Shown here: positions 25,954 to 39,457 of the stretch, in pieces
Layout: the number at the start of each line of letters is the position of its first letter
Position numbering within the stretch: the first letter of the stretch is position 1
Assembly (NCBI GenBank): GCA_964016885.1
Contig: OZ024740.1
Coordinates: forward strand, 237,274,001 to 237,338,000
DNA length: 64,000 nucleotides
DNA from: Eledone cirrhosa
Lineage: Eukaryota
Direction: 5' to 3'
The notes under the pieces: model-generated
Seen by the model: the letters and a program-made list of their open reading frames with translations, nothing else
Databases searched by the model: none
What the model was told of the DNA's origin: nothing
Position numbers and translations under genes: made by a program

Positions 25954-27115
25954 GTGTAGTTAGTGTGTATATATGGTGGTGTTGAGGTTGAAGGTGTTGG
26001 TGGGGTTGGTGGTGTTGCGGTTGAAGGTGTTGGTGGTGTAGGGTAGGAGTGTATGGGTAGTGGAGAGGTGATGGGGTGGGTTGTTTAGTAAAGTTAATAG
26101 AGGGTGGGGTGGGTAGTGGTCCATTAGTGGATTATTGGGTGTGGGGGTGTGAGGGTGACCTAAAGGAAGGTGGATGAGGAGTTCAAACCAGTGGCGGTCT
26201 AGGTCTGAAGACGGAAAATGGTGTGTTGCTTGACCCTAGGGCATGAAACCAGGGTTCTGGAGCATGCAATAAGGCTGTAGATGGAAAGATTGCGGGCGGA
26301 ATGACCGGCAGAGCAGAAGTGAAGGGCAATGGGTGTCTGGGAGCCAAGGCGATTGTCACAGAGGTGTTCGGTGAACCAATCACCCAATCGCTGTCCTATC
26401 TGTCCAACATAGGTGGCTCCACATTCCATGCAGCGGAGTCTGTAGACAAGGCTGGAGGAGGTGCAGTGGAAAGAATGCCGGACATGAAGGGATTTGCCGT
26501 TGGGCCCTTGAAAGGTGGTGGTGTTGGTGATGTGAGAGCAGGTGTGGCAGTGGGGTTAGGAGCAGGGTCGGGCTCCGAGGGAGGAATTGGGCGGAGGAGG
26601 AAGGGAGCTGCGTATGAGGAGGTTCTGGAGGTTGCGTGCATGCCTGAAGGAGGGGAAGACGGATGGAGGTGGAGGGGTCTGATTGGAGGTGGCAGAAGAG
26701 CTGCAGGATGGTCCGTTGGAGGAGCAGGGTGGTGGGCTGAGAGCGGTGGCTGGCAGTGGTGCAGGTGAGGACGGCGTGAACAAGGGAGAGGGGGTAACCT
26801 CCGAGTGAAATTGTGGGTCTAATAAAGGGCCTGGGTCTCAAATTCGTTATTTCGGCTGCAAGGGCGGTGGATTCGGAGAAATTGGGAGGAGGGGATGGAA
26901 TGTTTGGCGAGGGTGGAGTGGGAGGAGGGGAAATTGAGGTAGGAGTTGGAGTCAGTAAGTTTTTAAGAAGGTGGAGGTGATGAGTAAGTTGTGTGAGGGG
27001 TCGATGGAGACGGAGATGTCTAAGGAGGGAACGGAGGTGGTGGTGTTGAGGGCGGAGTGGAAGGAGCAGAGGACAGCGAGAAAAGAGTCAAGCTGTTCTC
27101 AGGTGAGTGAGGTGG
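25915..27115 (-). mobile_element. Decayed Penelope-like element (RT thumb + GIY-YIG endonuclease + 3' region)
   Basis: KLTDSNSYLNFPSSH...SIPSSQFLRI (PLE RT thumb, ~26860-26960); RNLQNLLIRS; CGATYVGQIGQRLGDWFTEH...PIALHF...GH (GIY-YIG, ORF 26199-26429); frameshifted. Confidence 0.88.
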
Positions 27116-27387
27116 CACTGATACATTCGTCACTGTAATGGCTGTGTAGTTCAGGGATGGGGATATATATATTATGCTGGCTCTACTACCTTGCGTATAT
27201 ACTCTGAACATACTTTCACCTTTTAAAATATAATTGTTAGAAGATAACAGACAATTTAAATTCAAATAAACAAAGTGAATTACTGCTGGTCAACAAACTT
27301 TATAGATTATTCAACCTTTGCAGGCATAGGAAAACGGACAAAAAGACGATGATGATGATTTTATCAATTAATAGCCGTCAATATATA

Positions 27388-27501
27388 TTGAGTTCAAATC
27401 CCACCGAGGTTGACTTTGCCTTTCATCCTTACGGGGTCGATAAAATAAAGTACCTGTAATGAACTGGGTAATTGCTGGCCTTGTGCCTAAAGTAGAAACA
27501 A
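27388..27501 (+). mobile_element. 5'-truncated tRNA-derived SINE
   Basis: GAGTTCAAATCC...CCTTTCATCCTTACGGGGTCGATAAAATAAAGTACC...GGCCTTGTGCCTAAAGTAGAAACA. Confidence 0.85.
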
Positions 27502-27834
27502 ATATATATTTATAATTTTGAACTTGATATTGAAAAATAGGACTGTCTTTGACAGTAATTGAACAGTATTTGTTTTCTTAGTGTTTTATCTTATTGTCAG
27601 TTAATGGTGAATAGAAGGTTCTGCAGTGTAGTCTGGAAATGACAGCAAATCAACTCTGTAATTTTGAAACAGGTACAGACACAAGAATTATTTTAATATG
27701 TTTGTATTTAAATTGATGAATTGGTCATTATTTCAGTTTCACTCTGCAATTTTTCTGACAACTGAAAGATTGCACATCATGAAATTGCCAGTTTTGATAG
27801 ATGCAGAAACAATCTCTACCCAATGTATTAAATA

Positions 27835-28857
27835 CTAGCAGCAGTACCCAGCGTTGCCTGGGTAGGTAAAATAATATCTGCTTTGATGAAAAGGTGTTGA
27901 TCTTAGCGACTGCTTCTCGATGACTCATCTATGGCCACACACAGGCCCTGCGGGGGAGGGTGGTGATGACCTCTATCACTGAGAAACACAGGTGACTGAC
28001 GAAGGGGCATGCTGGGGGAGGGAGGTAATAACCTCTAACACTAAGCCAAATTTCCTCACGCTACTTGATTGGAAACCGATGAGTTCTCAAATACACAACT
28101 AAAAGCTCAAACGTCATCAGTCGCCATCGTTTTGCCTTTGACTATCTATAAGATGTGCAATGATAGGTTCTATCGTAGTATAAAAGTTGAATCAAATAAA
28201 TTGATTTATGTGTGAGGTGGAGCCAAAGTTTCGAATTTGAACGAAATCGGTTGAAAAATGTGGGAGCTAGAGCCGAAAAGATGGAAATTTGAGCGAAAAG
28301 GTGGTATTTTCGAATATTTAAGCGGCTGCCACACTGTTCCTGAACAAAAAATCCAAAATGTAAAGCCACTTTAAGACGTGAAATAATCAGATCTAGTCTA
28401 GTGTAAAATTTGAACAAAGAAGGTTGATTAATGTGGGAGCTAGAGTCTAAAAAGTGAAAATTTGGGTCTAAAAGTGGTATTTTTGAATATTTAAGCGGCT
28501 GCCACGCCGTTCCTGAACAACAAATGCAAAATATAAAGCAATTACAGAATGTGCAATGATAAATTCTATTTTGCTTTAAAATTTGAACGAAATCGGTGGC
28601 AAAATGTGGGAGCTAGACCCCAAAATCTTATTTTTCGATACCTAAAAAAAAGGTGCCCCCCCCCCCCCCCCCCCAGATTTTTATCTGCAGAATGACCCCG
28701 GAATAAAAAAACGATATGCTGATATATAGAAAACACTCCCCGATGACTAATCTATGAGCCTGTAAAGTTTCATGAAAATCGGTAGTAAGATGTAGGCTCC
28801 TATAGGTAATATACAGACACACACACACACACACACTTAATTTTATATATATACAGA
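27835..28857 (-). mobile_element. Non-autonomous Helitron with an internal ~180-bp tandem repeat
   Basis: Minus strand begins A|TC-TGTATATATATAAAA, followed by (GT)n; ends with hairpin ACCCAGGCAACGCTGGGT and CTAG|T; no TSD; internal repeats ~28180-28620. Confidence 0.82.
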
Positions 28858-29691
28858 TTATGCCCCTCTTTCATTGACACGGTGTAACATTTAGATGGAT
28901 ATATATATATATGTGTGTGTGTATTACTGAATGCTTATGTTTACAAAAGAGGTAAAAAGTACTCAATATATAGGGCACATATTTTGTTAGACGCTCAAGC
29001 TTCTTGAATCATATCTCTGAATTTCATATTTTCAATTGTTCAACACAAACATCCACAGCTGGTGTGAACATCACACACACACCTATGCACATGTGCATGC
29101 ATACATGCATAAGTAACAGGAGCTTGTATTAACTAGTAAAAGTTGGTTTTGTAACTTGACATATTATCTACTTTGTAATCTCTTCTTTTTAGTGCCCATA
29201 AGGAAGATAGTGACATATCATCATTACAGTTTATTCTGCTTAATTACATAGTCTAGATGATTAAAATTCTTATGCAAATAACTGAAGCATGCAATTAATG
29301 GAATTTGCTTAGCACCGATAAATTATAAATTACATGAGATTTCAATATATTGTCAATAGCAAGTCATTCTGACTGTGTTACCACCTGTATGAATTATATG
29401 ATAAAACGATAAAACAAAATGAAAGCATTTTATTTTTACTTACAGCCCATTTCGTGTACAAATAATTTACTTAGTCCAAGCTATTTTACTATCAATAATT
29501 TATTGGCATGACAGTTATTTGACTTAATGTTTTTCAATTGCCTTTTGATATTCTTCAGTTACCCAAGCCTATTCATATTTATAGACTTTAAATAATTTAC
29601 TTGGGTCATGCAAGGTAAGAAAAATGTTATTGGGTCAATCACAGGGTAATATAGTTAAAAATGACAACAACAAAATGGCGTCCATTCACTA

Positions 29692-30605
29692 TCTATATAT
29701 ATAAAATTGAGGATGTCTGTCTGTGTGAGTTTGAATCCCTAAAACTCGAGAACCACCCAACCGAGACTGTTTTCAAACTTTACACATGTAATACTTATGT
29801 TTCAGGGAGTGTTCTGAGTAAACAAAATTTTAAATTTTCAATGCCTTAGGGACTGCATTAGGCGATTTAGCGATCTCTCTCTATAATTCTTAGTCTTTCT
29901 CTTTTTAGATAAATACATACATATAACGTCGCGCCCTTATAATATCTGTCTGTATGTCTGACTGTCTGCATTACGTCACTTCCCTGAGGATGTGTGTGTG
30001 TCTGTGAGTTTGAATCCCTAAAACTCGAGAAGTACCCAACCGACTTTTTTCAAACTTTACATGTGTATTACTTATGTTTCAGGGACTGTTTTATGCACAT
30101 AAAAAATTCAACTTTTTGATCCCCTAGGGCCCGCATTAGTTGAAAAACTGCATTTTTTCAGGTTTTTAGGGGTTTTTTGAGTCGTTACGTCTGACTGATT
30201 TCCTTGAAATTGTAACTATGTATTAGTCAGTCTCTTCTTCATACCGTGAGCAAAGAAAATCCAAGATTTTATGGCCTAGGGCCCGCATTAGGTGAAAAAT
30301 GTCCTTTTTTTCAGCTTTTTAGGGCTTTTTTGAGGTGTTACGTCTAGCCGATTTTCCCGAAATTTCAAGGCATATTATGCACATAAAAAAAATTCATTTT
30401 CTTGATCCCCTAGGGCCCGCATTAGGTGAAAACCTGCATTTTTCCTGCTTCATCGAGGAAAATCTTAAAGATTATCCAGCCATCAGCGTATTCAGTTTAT
30501 TTTCTTTACATATTGTCCACGCATGCAGTTTTTCCACGGTTATGTCTGTTGGCGGCCCGCGTTCCAAAATACCTTATCCCATGCATCGCCGGGTACCACT
30601 GCTAG
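29692..30605 (+). mobile_element. Non-autonomous Helitron
   Basis: A|TCTATATATATAAAA start, (GTCT)n, internal duplications (CCCTAAAACTCGAGAA x2; CCTAGGGCCCGCATTAG x3), 3' CCCATGCATCGCCGGG hairpin and CTAG|T end. Confidence 0.85.
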
Positions 30606-31300
30606 TTTGATATGAAAATATCTTTTTACAAATTATATAGGATGTTATATAATTAAAAATATAATCAAAATACACAGGAATTTGAACTTTGGTAGCCTTT
30701 AATCAACTGAAATGGTGAGAGTAGCTTGAAAACATTTCATTCTTTTGACAGTTGTTTGTAAACATCAAGTACTGACTACCACCCTTTTTACTCATCATGA
30801 AAATGAAAGATTCAGAATTACATTTTCCACATCAAACGAAATATATGTTCAAATTTTTTTCATGTTACATATTGCACATTTTTTGTTCAAAATTAATAAT
30901 CAATGAAATAAACAAATACACAATCATGCAATTAACTGAAGTTGAGGTCATTTGCATATATAATTTACCTTATTAATTTTACATAGATATGATGTTTGGT
31001 GTTTTGAAAAGTTATATAATTAAACGAATGATGCACTTATCTGGTATGCAATTAACATTTAGCATGCCACTAAACATTTTGAATTATTTCCCTTACAACT
31101 GCATTATTTTTGTGGTAGCAAAAACTTAAACACCCTTTGTTTTTAGATTATTATAACTTTCTTTGTATTTTGCTTGCAGGCTTGATTTTTTAATGCTAAT
31201 AAAGGGATGCATGAGCAATATTTTGTGCTGATTACTCTTGGCGCCTGCAGCCTCCAGAAGGTTAAGCAGAATTGACTGTTATTCTTTTATTTTCTGTCAG

Positions 31301-31389
31301 GAGTTGTGACTGGTAGATAGTTTCAGTAATGGAAAGACCAATGGAAACATTGTTTCCTTGGTCTGATTTGATGAGTTCCACCCCATTTG
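31301..31389 (+). other. Candidate 89-nt exon (UTR or first coding exon, MERPMETLFPW...)
   Basis: TTGAC branch-like motif, TTCTTTTATTTTCTGTCAG acceptor, TTG|GTAAGT donor; no homology recognised. Confidence 0.25.
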
Positions 31390-33634
31390 GTAAGTGAGTG
31401 AGGTCTCAGATCTATTTGATCAATCCAGATATAAGAGTTGATAAAATAAAGTAAAAGTCACATTCTGAGAGTGATTTATTCAACTATTCCCTCTTCCAAA
31501 TATGTGGCTTGGTGCTTATGTTACAAACTATCATTCTCCTTCTCTCAGGTTGTGGAGGTGGGGTGACACTCAGTAGAGTGCTAGATTAATAAACCTTGTG
31601 TTTGGAGGTCAAATTGTGTTGAGCTTGACACTTCCTTACATCCATCCAAAGGCCAATAAAATAAGTACCAGTTAAATTCTGGGGGGTTGATATAATCAAA
31701 TATATCATTATCATAAAATCTGTGACTGCATGGCTATGGTTAAAATTAATTATTATTGCTATTTGTTTTAAGTCTATACACAACTCACTGCAATATCAAT
31801 CAGACTTGATTATCATCTTTGTTATCGTTCTCACAATTGTTACTGTTGCCCTCCTCTTCATCATCATCATTTAACTACAATAAGATATTATATTTGTTGT
31901 TTAAATGTCAGAAGTCAAAAATGTGAATGTTTGTTTGTAAAACAGTTTTAGAAAATAAAGAAAAAGCCAAGAACGGTTAATGTGAATGGTCTGTTGTATT
32001 GGTTGTTGTTGGCAATATAACCTCTTACATAGAATTAGGTTAGTCTTTGACTGAGTAGAAACTTCTTGTGAATGATGCTGCATCCAAAGAAATACATATC
32101 TAGTGGCTAGCTAGATTGTGTTTCTATTGAATGGAGAACATACTTTGATGTGAATATAAGATTCTGGTTGAAGGAGAATGGAAGGTGATAAGGTTCACAT
32201 GGAATAATATTTCTTCATCATCATTATCATTATCATCACAACCAACATCATCAGCAACAACTCTTTACAATCACACAAATGGGCTACTTTGAATCCATAA
32301 CAATTCCTGTTTCATTATTCATTTGTCAAAGAAGGCTGTGACTGTCAAAAATACAATATTACCTATAAAAATCTATCAAACAAACCAACAATAACCCAAT
32401 CAATAATTTATGGCTGGAGGCAGTGGGCTTTTTGGTGGTTTTATTTGGAATAAAGATTATTTTAATTTTTTTATGGATGTGTGTTGCAATTTGTTTATTA
32501 TTGATTTAGTCATAAAATACAACTGCTTTGATTATGAAATAATATTTTGTATTTTCCCGTTATTCATTATTGTCCTATTTATTGTGTGTGGGTGTCTTTA
32601 ACAAGAGCTAAGATTTTTCAGTAAAAAGAAGGTATTTCTAAGCCAAAATTTATTATTTTTTTTTCAATTAATTTCCAGTTCAATAAAGATTTTGGAAGGG
32701 ATTTAATAAAATATCTGTTACATTACATTTTTGTATATGTGTGTATTAAAAGGTAAAGACTCCCTTTGGTCATGAATGACCATGGGATTTGCACCTAGAG
32801 GCAGAAGTCTGGGCAAGGTTGTTTAAGGATGACCAGCAGTCACCCATCCATATAAATATAAAATCATCTTCATTTAACATTTGTTTTCCTTGCCAGCAAG
32901 GGTTGGAGGTGTTGATGGGTTGTCATAGTCCAGCTGGGAGCTGCATCTCATTTACGTTCCTGCACTTTTCAGACTGCACCACATACATTTTATCATGGCA
33001 CTAGCATTAGGGATGTTGTCCACACGTCTGGAAAGACTTCTTGTTGGACTGCCCTGTTACTTATGGCTCACCCTGTATATTCATTTTCATATACATGTTA
33101 CAGATTTATTTGTACACACAAACATATTGATGTAAGAGTGATAGCATAACAACATTTGCTGTTTCTTAATCGTGTATAAGTTTGAATATATATGTATATA
33201 TGTGTGTATATATAATATATATATATCATCATCACGTAATATGATGATAATGCTGGTGTTCATTTGAAATCTCGCATGGTAATAAGATTTTGATGTTGAT
33301 ATAAACATTTTGATATAATTATTACATTCTTTATATAACAAATACGACTAAACTGTGCACTACATTTGAGGTGGATAACACCAGATATTTGATTCCCATA
33401 GTGAAATAAACAGAATTATGTTTATGATAAAGCATAACTCCATGAATAACAAATATTACAGAAAAAAATTATCATGGAATGGTGCTGTTTGGCTAAAACA
33501 TTGCTATTAATAGGAGGACTGGAATATGGAAACATTCATGTTTTTTATTTGTTGGTGATGGTATTTGTCTTTATCAGATGAACATTTGATTGTTACTGGT
33601 TCTTTTAAACAATGATCTGCTAGAAGCTGTTTAA

Positions 33635-33889
33635 CCATTTCGTTATCATATTTCTAATTAAAGACACTGCCTAAGATTTTCAAATAATTTTCAAAACAAT
33701 TGAGAATTTGCAAGTGTTTAATAAAATAATGAACTTTCTCCTTATTAAGCTGGTATTTGAAATATAACTTAACAAAGGCTCTTACATGGAACTGATGGAA
33801 GTATTTTTAGATAAACATAAACACTTTAAAATAAATAGTTCTGTTTTGGTGAACCAAGAGCAGTTTGAGGCAGTTTGGTACCAAAAGGG
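33635..33889. mobile_element. TTAA-flanked MITE (piggyBac-type ends)
   Basis: TTAA|CCATTTCGTTATC ... GGTACCAAAAGGG(T)|TTAA; inverted homolog of 37979-38225. Confidence 0.7.
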
Positions 33890-34245
33890 TTTAAACAGCT
33901 GGGTTTCTTTTTATTCAGGTTTTGGACACTTGTTTGGCTGTTAAACAAATATACCACTCACCCTGTTGATCACATGCTGACCATTTTAATAATTTCTTTA
34001 GAATTGTATTCCACTGGAACCTTGAACATTAACTAAACCAGCCTATCTCTCCTTCTAGTAGGGCCTATTTTCATTGGGTCTTATGACTCGCACATCTTAT
34101 GTAACACATACCTAACTCCAATTCTAACCATCTACCATCATGCCTTTAAAAAATAATATACAAAGTTAAAGTTTCACTTAGTATTGTTCACCAGCCCCAA
34201 AATAGATACCCTCATAAACCATTTTCAATCTACAACAGTTATGTA

Positions 34246-34719
34246 TTGTATATATTCGTATATAAATTGGGAAATATGTGACTAAATATTGATGGTAAAA
34301 TGGAGTTGGCTTATAAATAAAGTGCTAAAATATTTTCCCTTTCGAGGTCAATATTACACCAGTTTCACATTTGGAGGTGAATATTATACTGGTTTCATTT
34401 TAGGGGGTAAATTTGTTTTCCTATTGTTTCTGAAATGTTTTGAATGAATAGAGCCTTCAAAACAGTCAGAAATTATTTTAAAAAAAAAATCATTAAGTAA
34501 TGGAGTTGTTAAACAAAAACTATACACTTAATGACATTTACAACATTTAAAATATAAGAATATTAAACTGCATAAATATATTCTCCACTTGTAAGAATTT
34601 CTAAACTGCACCATCAAAAAAATGTGTTGATTACCTGCCTCAATGTATACATGAGGTTTGGAGTTTTGTCCATTTCTCAGACATAAAATAGAGGGTTGCT
34701 TATATTTGAGTATATACAG
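34246..34719. mobile_element. TA-flanked MITE (Tc1/mariner/pogo-type ends)
   Basis: TIRs TTGTATATATTCGTATATAA / TTATATTTGAGTATATACAG with TA on each side; homolog at 50537-51021. Confidence 0.75.
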
Positions 34720-36319
34720 TAATTCATACTATTACCAGCATTGTGTACTATCTCCACACACTACACTGCTCTGGTTATTCAGTTTATTTGATATGAACAT
34801 CCTTCTTTAATATTTACAGGTGTTTGTCGATACAGGTGTTTGTGATAAAATCTCTACAGTATTATGTTGTTATAAAACAATATCGTTATTATTGGAAGCT
34901 TCCATAATATATGACTTAGTTTGGTTCTAATTGGACATATCTGATATTTCACTCATTCTTTAAATTTAACCACTCTTTAATATACAGTTAATTTTGTAAG
35001 ATCTATTATGGTCTAACAAAATTAAATTCTTCTTCAGCTCTTGATATTTCTTACAACATCAATGCTTTAGTGAGGAAATAATATAAATAAGATGTATGTA
35101 GTGATATTTTCCCTCCTGAAAATTAGAGATCAGTGCAAATGTTATCCAGGATTTAAAGAAATATCTCAAAACTGGTGTGTTCAGGTAGAGAGAATACCTT
35201 GATGTCTGGCATATTATTCAACCACATCTTGGTTGAATTAAATGCCTCATGGTATTTTTACCAGCTCTTTGCTCTCTGAGTTCAAATGCCACAGAAGTCA
35301 ACTTTGCTTTTCATCTCTGGTGACAGACCGGATGCTTAGAGATGCGATGGGCACCACCAAGCATTTTAAAGAGCCACTGAAATACCATGATGGATACTGT
35401 CAAACGTCTGGAGTGGCACCCCAATGACTGGCTGCACCAGTTGCAGGAGCTTGATTGACCTCTATGTTGTTATTCAATCATTTGGCAGTACTTGATTAAC
35501 CAACATTTATTTTCATAATAAAAGCTGTTATGCTGTGAAATAGTTGTATATTTAATACCCAGATGATTAAATAATTCATTAACCTGAATGTGTTCTATTT
35601 GTTAGATTTGTACTTGCAGATTCTCTGGTACATTAGAAAATTAAGTGGAAATTTTACTAGGTTACATAAAGCAAAGTGAAATCCATTTAGAACAACTTGG
35701 GTTTTTGTGTTTTCTGTCTATTTAATAACAGATAATTTTGCACTTCTCGTTTATCAACTGTTCTCTGTAACTGACTACAACATTGATTGGTTATAGGCTT
35801 GAATTATTAAATATTCAACAAATTATGCTTTCAAGCAATAAATATCACGGGATAAAACACTGTGTGTGTAATTGAGAAATTAACGAGTTAGGGAAAATTA
35901 CAGTGAAGCTTTTATATCTTTCTTTATTGCTTTTCTGAAGATTTTCAGGCCTTACAGGAATCAACAAATCCCAAACATTAGTTCTGTCAAGTCAAGGGCA
36001 TCTCTACATGGTTGCATGACCTGCTAAAAATAACAGTTTAAACTCTTTCAAATCATTATATTGTCTTAGAAAAGGGAGGGACACATTGGATGTACTCACA
36101 TCCATTTGTATACTCTAGGTATACAAATGGATGTGATGGTCATGATTGGGATGCCTTTGATCAAGGCTGAGCTGAGTTACACAACAACACTAGATCTTTT
36201 TAAAGGAGTAAACAGATGGTATTTATTGAAATACATAAGTGGAATATGTATGAAGCTTAGCAGAGAAACACATGCATGGCAAAACCCCAATGTTCACATA
36301 TAACCAATATCTGGAAAGT

Positions 36320-36560
36320 TCTGAATACACGTCTTATATTTGTGATAGTAACTCGAAATCAACAATGAACTGGACTCAACCTAGCTGCAAACGGAAGTGG
36401 GGTTGCCCCAGGATCACCTGGCAATGAACGTTCCAAAAAGGCCTGATGCCAGCCAACATCACTTGGCACAGACACGAAAAAGCCACCGCTAACTGTGATT
36501 GTTGGTGATTACTAACTGCTCAATGCGTCGAAAGGCGTGGAAGAACCTAAGAACTAAGAA
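36320..36560 (+). mobile_element. RTE-like LINE 3' remnant
   Basis: MNWTQPSCKRKWGCPRITW...AQCVERRGRT* followed by a CTAAGAA repeat tail. Confidence 0.6.
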
Positions 36561-36574
36561 ATAGTAGTAGTTGT

Positions 36575-36800
36575 GAAGGCAGTGAATTAGCAGAGTTGCT
36601 GGAGTGTAGAATTAAATGTCTCAGTATTTCTTCCGGCTCTTCTCTGCTCTCTGAGCTCAAATACCACTGAGGTCAACTTTGCCTTTCATTCTTTAAAGGT
36701 TGATAAATAATATACCAGTCCAGGATGGTAAATTAGTGGAATTGTTAGTGTTGAATGTGATCCTTTGTAGTATCTTTTTCAGCCCTTTGTGTTCTGAGTT
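36575..36800 (+). mobile_element. Decayed tRNA-derived SINE copies
   Basis: GAAGGCAGTGAATTAGCAG...CTGAGCTCAAATACC...GGTCAACTTTGCCTTTCAT...GATAAATAA..TACCAG. Confidence 0.65.
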
Positions 36801-37234
36801 CTCTCTCTGATATCACTGGTGCAAAACTGCATTAGCCTTTGCTTTTTCTTGGACAACATTGGTGGCATGCCCAGGGGAAATTTGTTTGCATGGGTGACTG
36901 CTGGTTTTTCACAAAAACCTTCCCCAGGCCTGCATCTTTGAAAGGGAATTACCAAGTGCAGCTCTATGGTCTCAAGAAATATACAGAGGCTGAAGATAAT
37001 TACATAACACTGAGGTGTTAACAGGGTTAATAAGGAGTATGTTTATTGACCAGGCTAATGGCTTTCTTTCAGTGTATGTAGAATTATGTATTTTTTGCTC
37101 TAAAATGAAAGCTAAATTTGTGCAATATATTAAAAATGAGAAGTTTCTAGTTCTATACAAGCTAACAGATATAACTAATAAAGTGTTTAGATATGACAGA
37201 CCATATATAATTTACTTCAGATCGGCCACTGACA

Positions 37235-37470
37235 CTGCTATGTGATATTCTTCTGTGATACTGCTATGAAGTCCTGTTGTGTGATATTACCCAAGTGAAA
37301 CTGTTCTGTGACACTGTTATGCAATACTGTTCTGTAATACTGCTATGCAGTCCTGTTATGTGGTATTAACCATGTGATACTGTTGTGTGACACTGTCCTG
37401 TGGTACTACCCATGCAGTGCTTTTGTGTGACACTATCCTTGTGATTCTGTTGCCTGAAACTGCTGTAACT
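37235..37470. repeat. Degenerate 13-bp minisatellite (CTGTTATGTGATA-like)
   Basis: CTGCTATGTGATA TTCTTCTGTGATA CTGCTATGAAGTC CTGTTGTGTGATA ... Confidence 0.8.
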
Positions 37471-37978
37471 TTGTTACGTAGCTTGTTGTGTCTCCAATAA
37501 TATAATTGATAATATAATACTTTTAGAGATGTTTAGTTAAATTTAACACTTAATCTTTTGATAGAGTTTCCTGTTTGTCATTCTGTAACCATATTCACAG
37601 TTTAGATCTAATACAAGACTCACTTGTATTCTTGCCAAATAAATTTCTGTCTATTTCCTCTCAGACTACAAAATAATCTCTTCATATATTTTTTATTATT
37701 CTTGTGTTTTCTTTAAAAACATAATTATTATATTTCATCTTCATATTACTCTGAAATGGAAGTAATTTTTGCAATAAATAATATATTTATAGAATATATT
37801 GATGGCAGGATTCCAAAAGCTGTGGAGTAGAATATCTCTTCATATACATAATGCCTTTAGTCTACCCTCAGGTATAAACAGTAAAGAGCACAAGCCAATG
37901 AGGAACCCTCTACATAATGATTTGACTTGTTAAAAATAATAGCCAAATCTCCCTCAAATCACACCTTATTTGTCTTAA

Positions 37979-38225
37979 CCCCTTTGATACCACTCTGAGT
38001 TCTACAATATAAAACTATTTGTTTTTAAAGAGTTTATATTTATATTTATCAAAACACCTTCAACCAAAATTTTATGAGAGAGCCCTTGTTAAATTGTTTC
38101 AGATTTCAACTTAATAATGAGAAAGTTAATTTCATCAGTAAATCCTTTCAAATTCTTGATTTATTTTCGAAATTGCTTTGAAATCATAGGCAGTATATTT
38201 TATTGGAAATATGGTAACAAAATGG
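37979..38225. mobile_element. TTAA MITE nested within an older SINE-like repeat
   Basis: TTAA|CCCCTTTGATACC ... GGTAACAAAATGG|TTGA; the host repeat continues on both sides. Confidence 0.7.
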
Positions 38226-38882
38226 TTGAATAAAGGAAATAGTAACTAATGTATTCTGGAGAATACTCTACATACAAAGACAAGAAAAAGAAAATGATCA
38301 GGGTTTGAATATCTTTGATGATCATAAGTCTTGATCAGGACTGACCTGGAACTAGCTCCACATTTCAAAAGATGGTAATAGCTCTGAAATATCATGTTGA
38401 AATATACTTCGTGAAGCATTACTTTGTTTTGTTTATTTGTCATCATTTGCTCTTTATATTTTTCTACCACATTGTACCTGCTTTTTGAAACTTATTGGTC
38501 TTTTATTACATATCTTACAATGCTTTGTATTAACTACACTACTTTATATATGTATAACTGCCCATGTCTAATGCGCACAGATCTATTCTCAGTTGTGCCA
38601 TGAAAACATGCAATTAATAATAGTAGTAATAATAATAACAATAGTGCTTTCTTTATTAGCCACACAAGGTTCACATTAAGGAGACATTAAATATGGTACA
38701 GGAGGATGTGGGTTTTTTTGTGTAAAATAGAATGTATAACAGAGATTAAGATTATGTGTCCAGAGAGGTGCTGTTCCCTCGTGGATAATAACGGGAAGAA
38801 CAATATTTATAATAAAAGATAGAAGTTAGTGGAATGTTGTGGGAATGATAGAAGTTAGTGGAATGTAGCATGCCTGAACATA

Positions 38883-39402
38883 ATATGGAAGGTACTTACT
38901 GGAATATTTGCAGAGAAGGCATATACCTTTCTTTTATAGGAAAGAACTTTATCAAGAGAACAAAAGGGTACCAAAGACCACTTGGCTATCGATAAGACAG
39001 TTTTGAGGCATTGTAAAAAATATCATACCAACATGTCTATGCCCTAGTTTGACTTTAAGAAAGCATATAATATGATGCCTAATTCTTGGATTGTTGAATG
39101 GCTACAGATGTTTGGTATTGCTGACAAAATCACAAATTATTTTCTGAATAGTATGCTCGAGTAGAAGACAATGTATTCCTTGCAGAAGTAGAAATTAAAA
39201 GTTGTATTTTCGCCATTACCATTTGTCATTGCACTTATACATATAACACTGACACTTAGGAAACTTAAAATGGGTTACCATTTTGGAAAAAAGGACCATT
39301 CATAAAAATCCCCACATACTTGTATCCAATATCTTCCAGTTCTCTTATGGTTTCTTCTGATATCCTAAATAGTTTCAGGTCATCCATAAGCAGAAGATGG
39401 TT
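38883..39402 (+). pseudogene. R4/Dong-like reverse transcriptase fragment; 39312-39402 is inverted
   Basis: IWKVLTGIFAE...EQKGTKDHLAIDK...FDFKKAYNMMPNSWIVE on the + strand; NHLLLMDDLKLF...GYKYVG on the - strand. Confidence 0.75.
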
Positions 39403-39412
39403 TATATATATG

Positions 39413-39457
<45 letters not shown>

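Noticed and set aside
26301-26841. Gly- or Pro-rich ORFs of 81-155 aa
   Set aside because: Alternative frames of the decayed, C-rich Penelope-like element.
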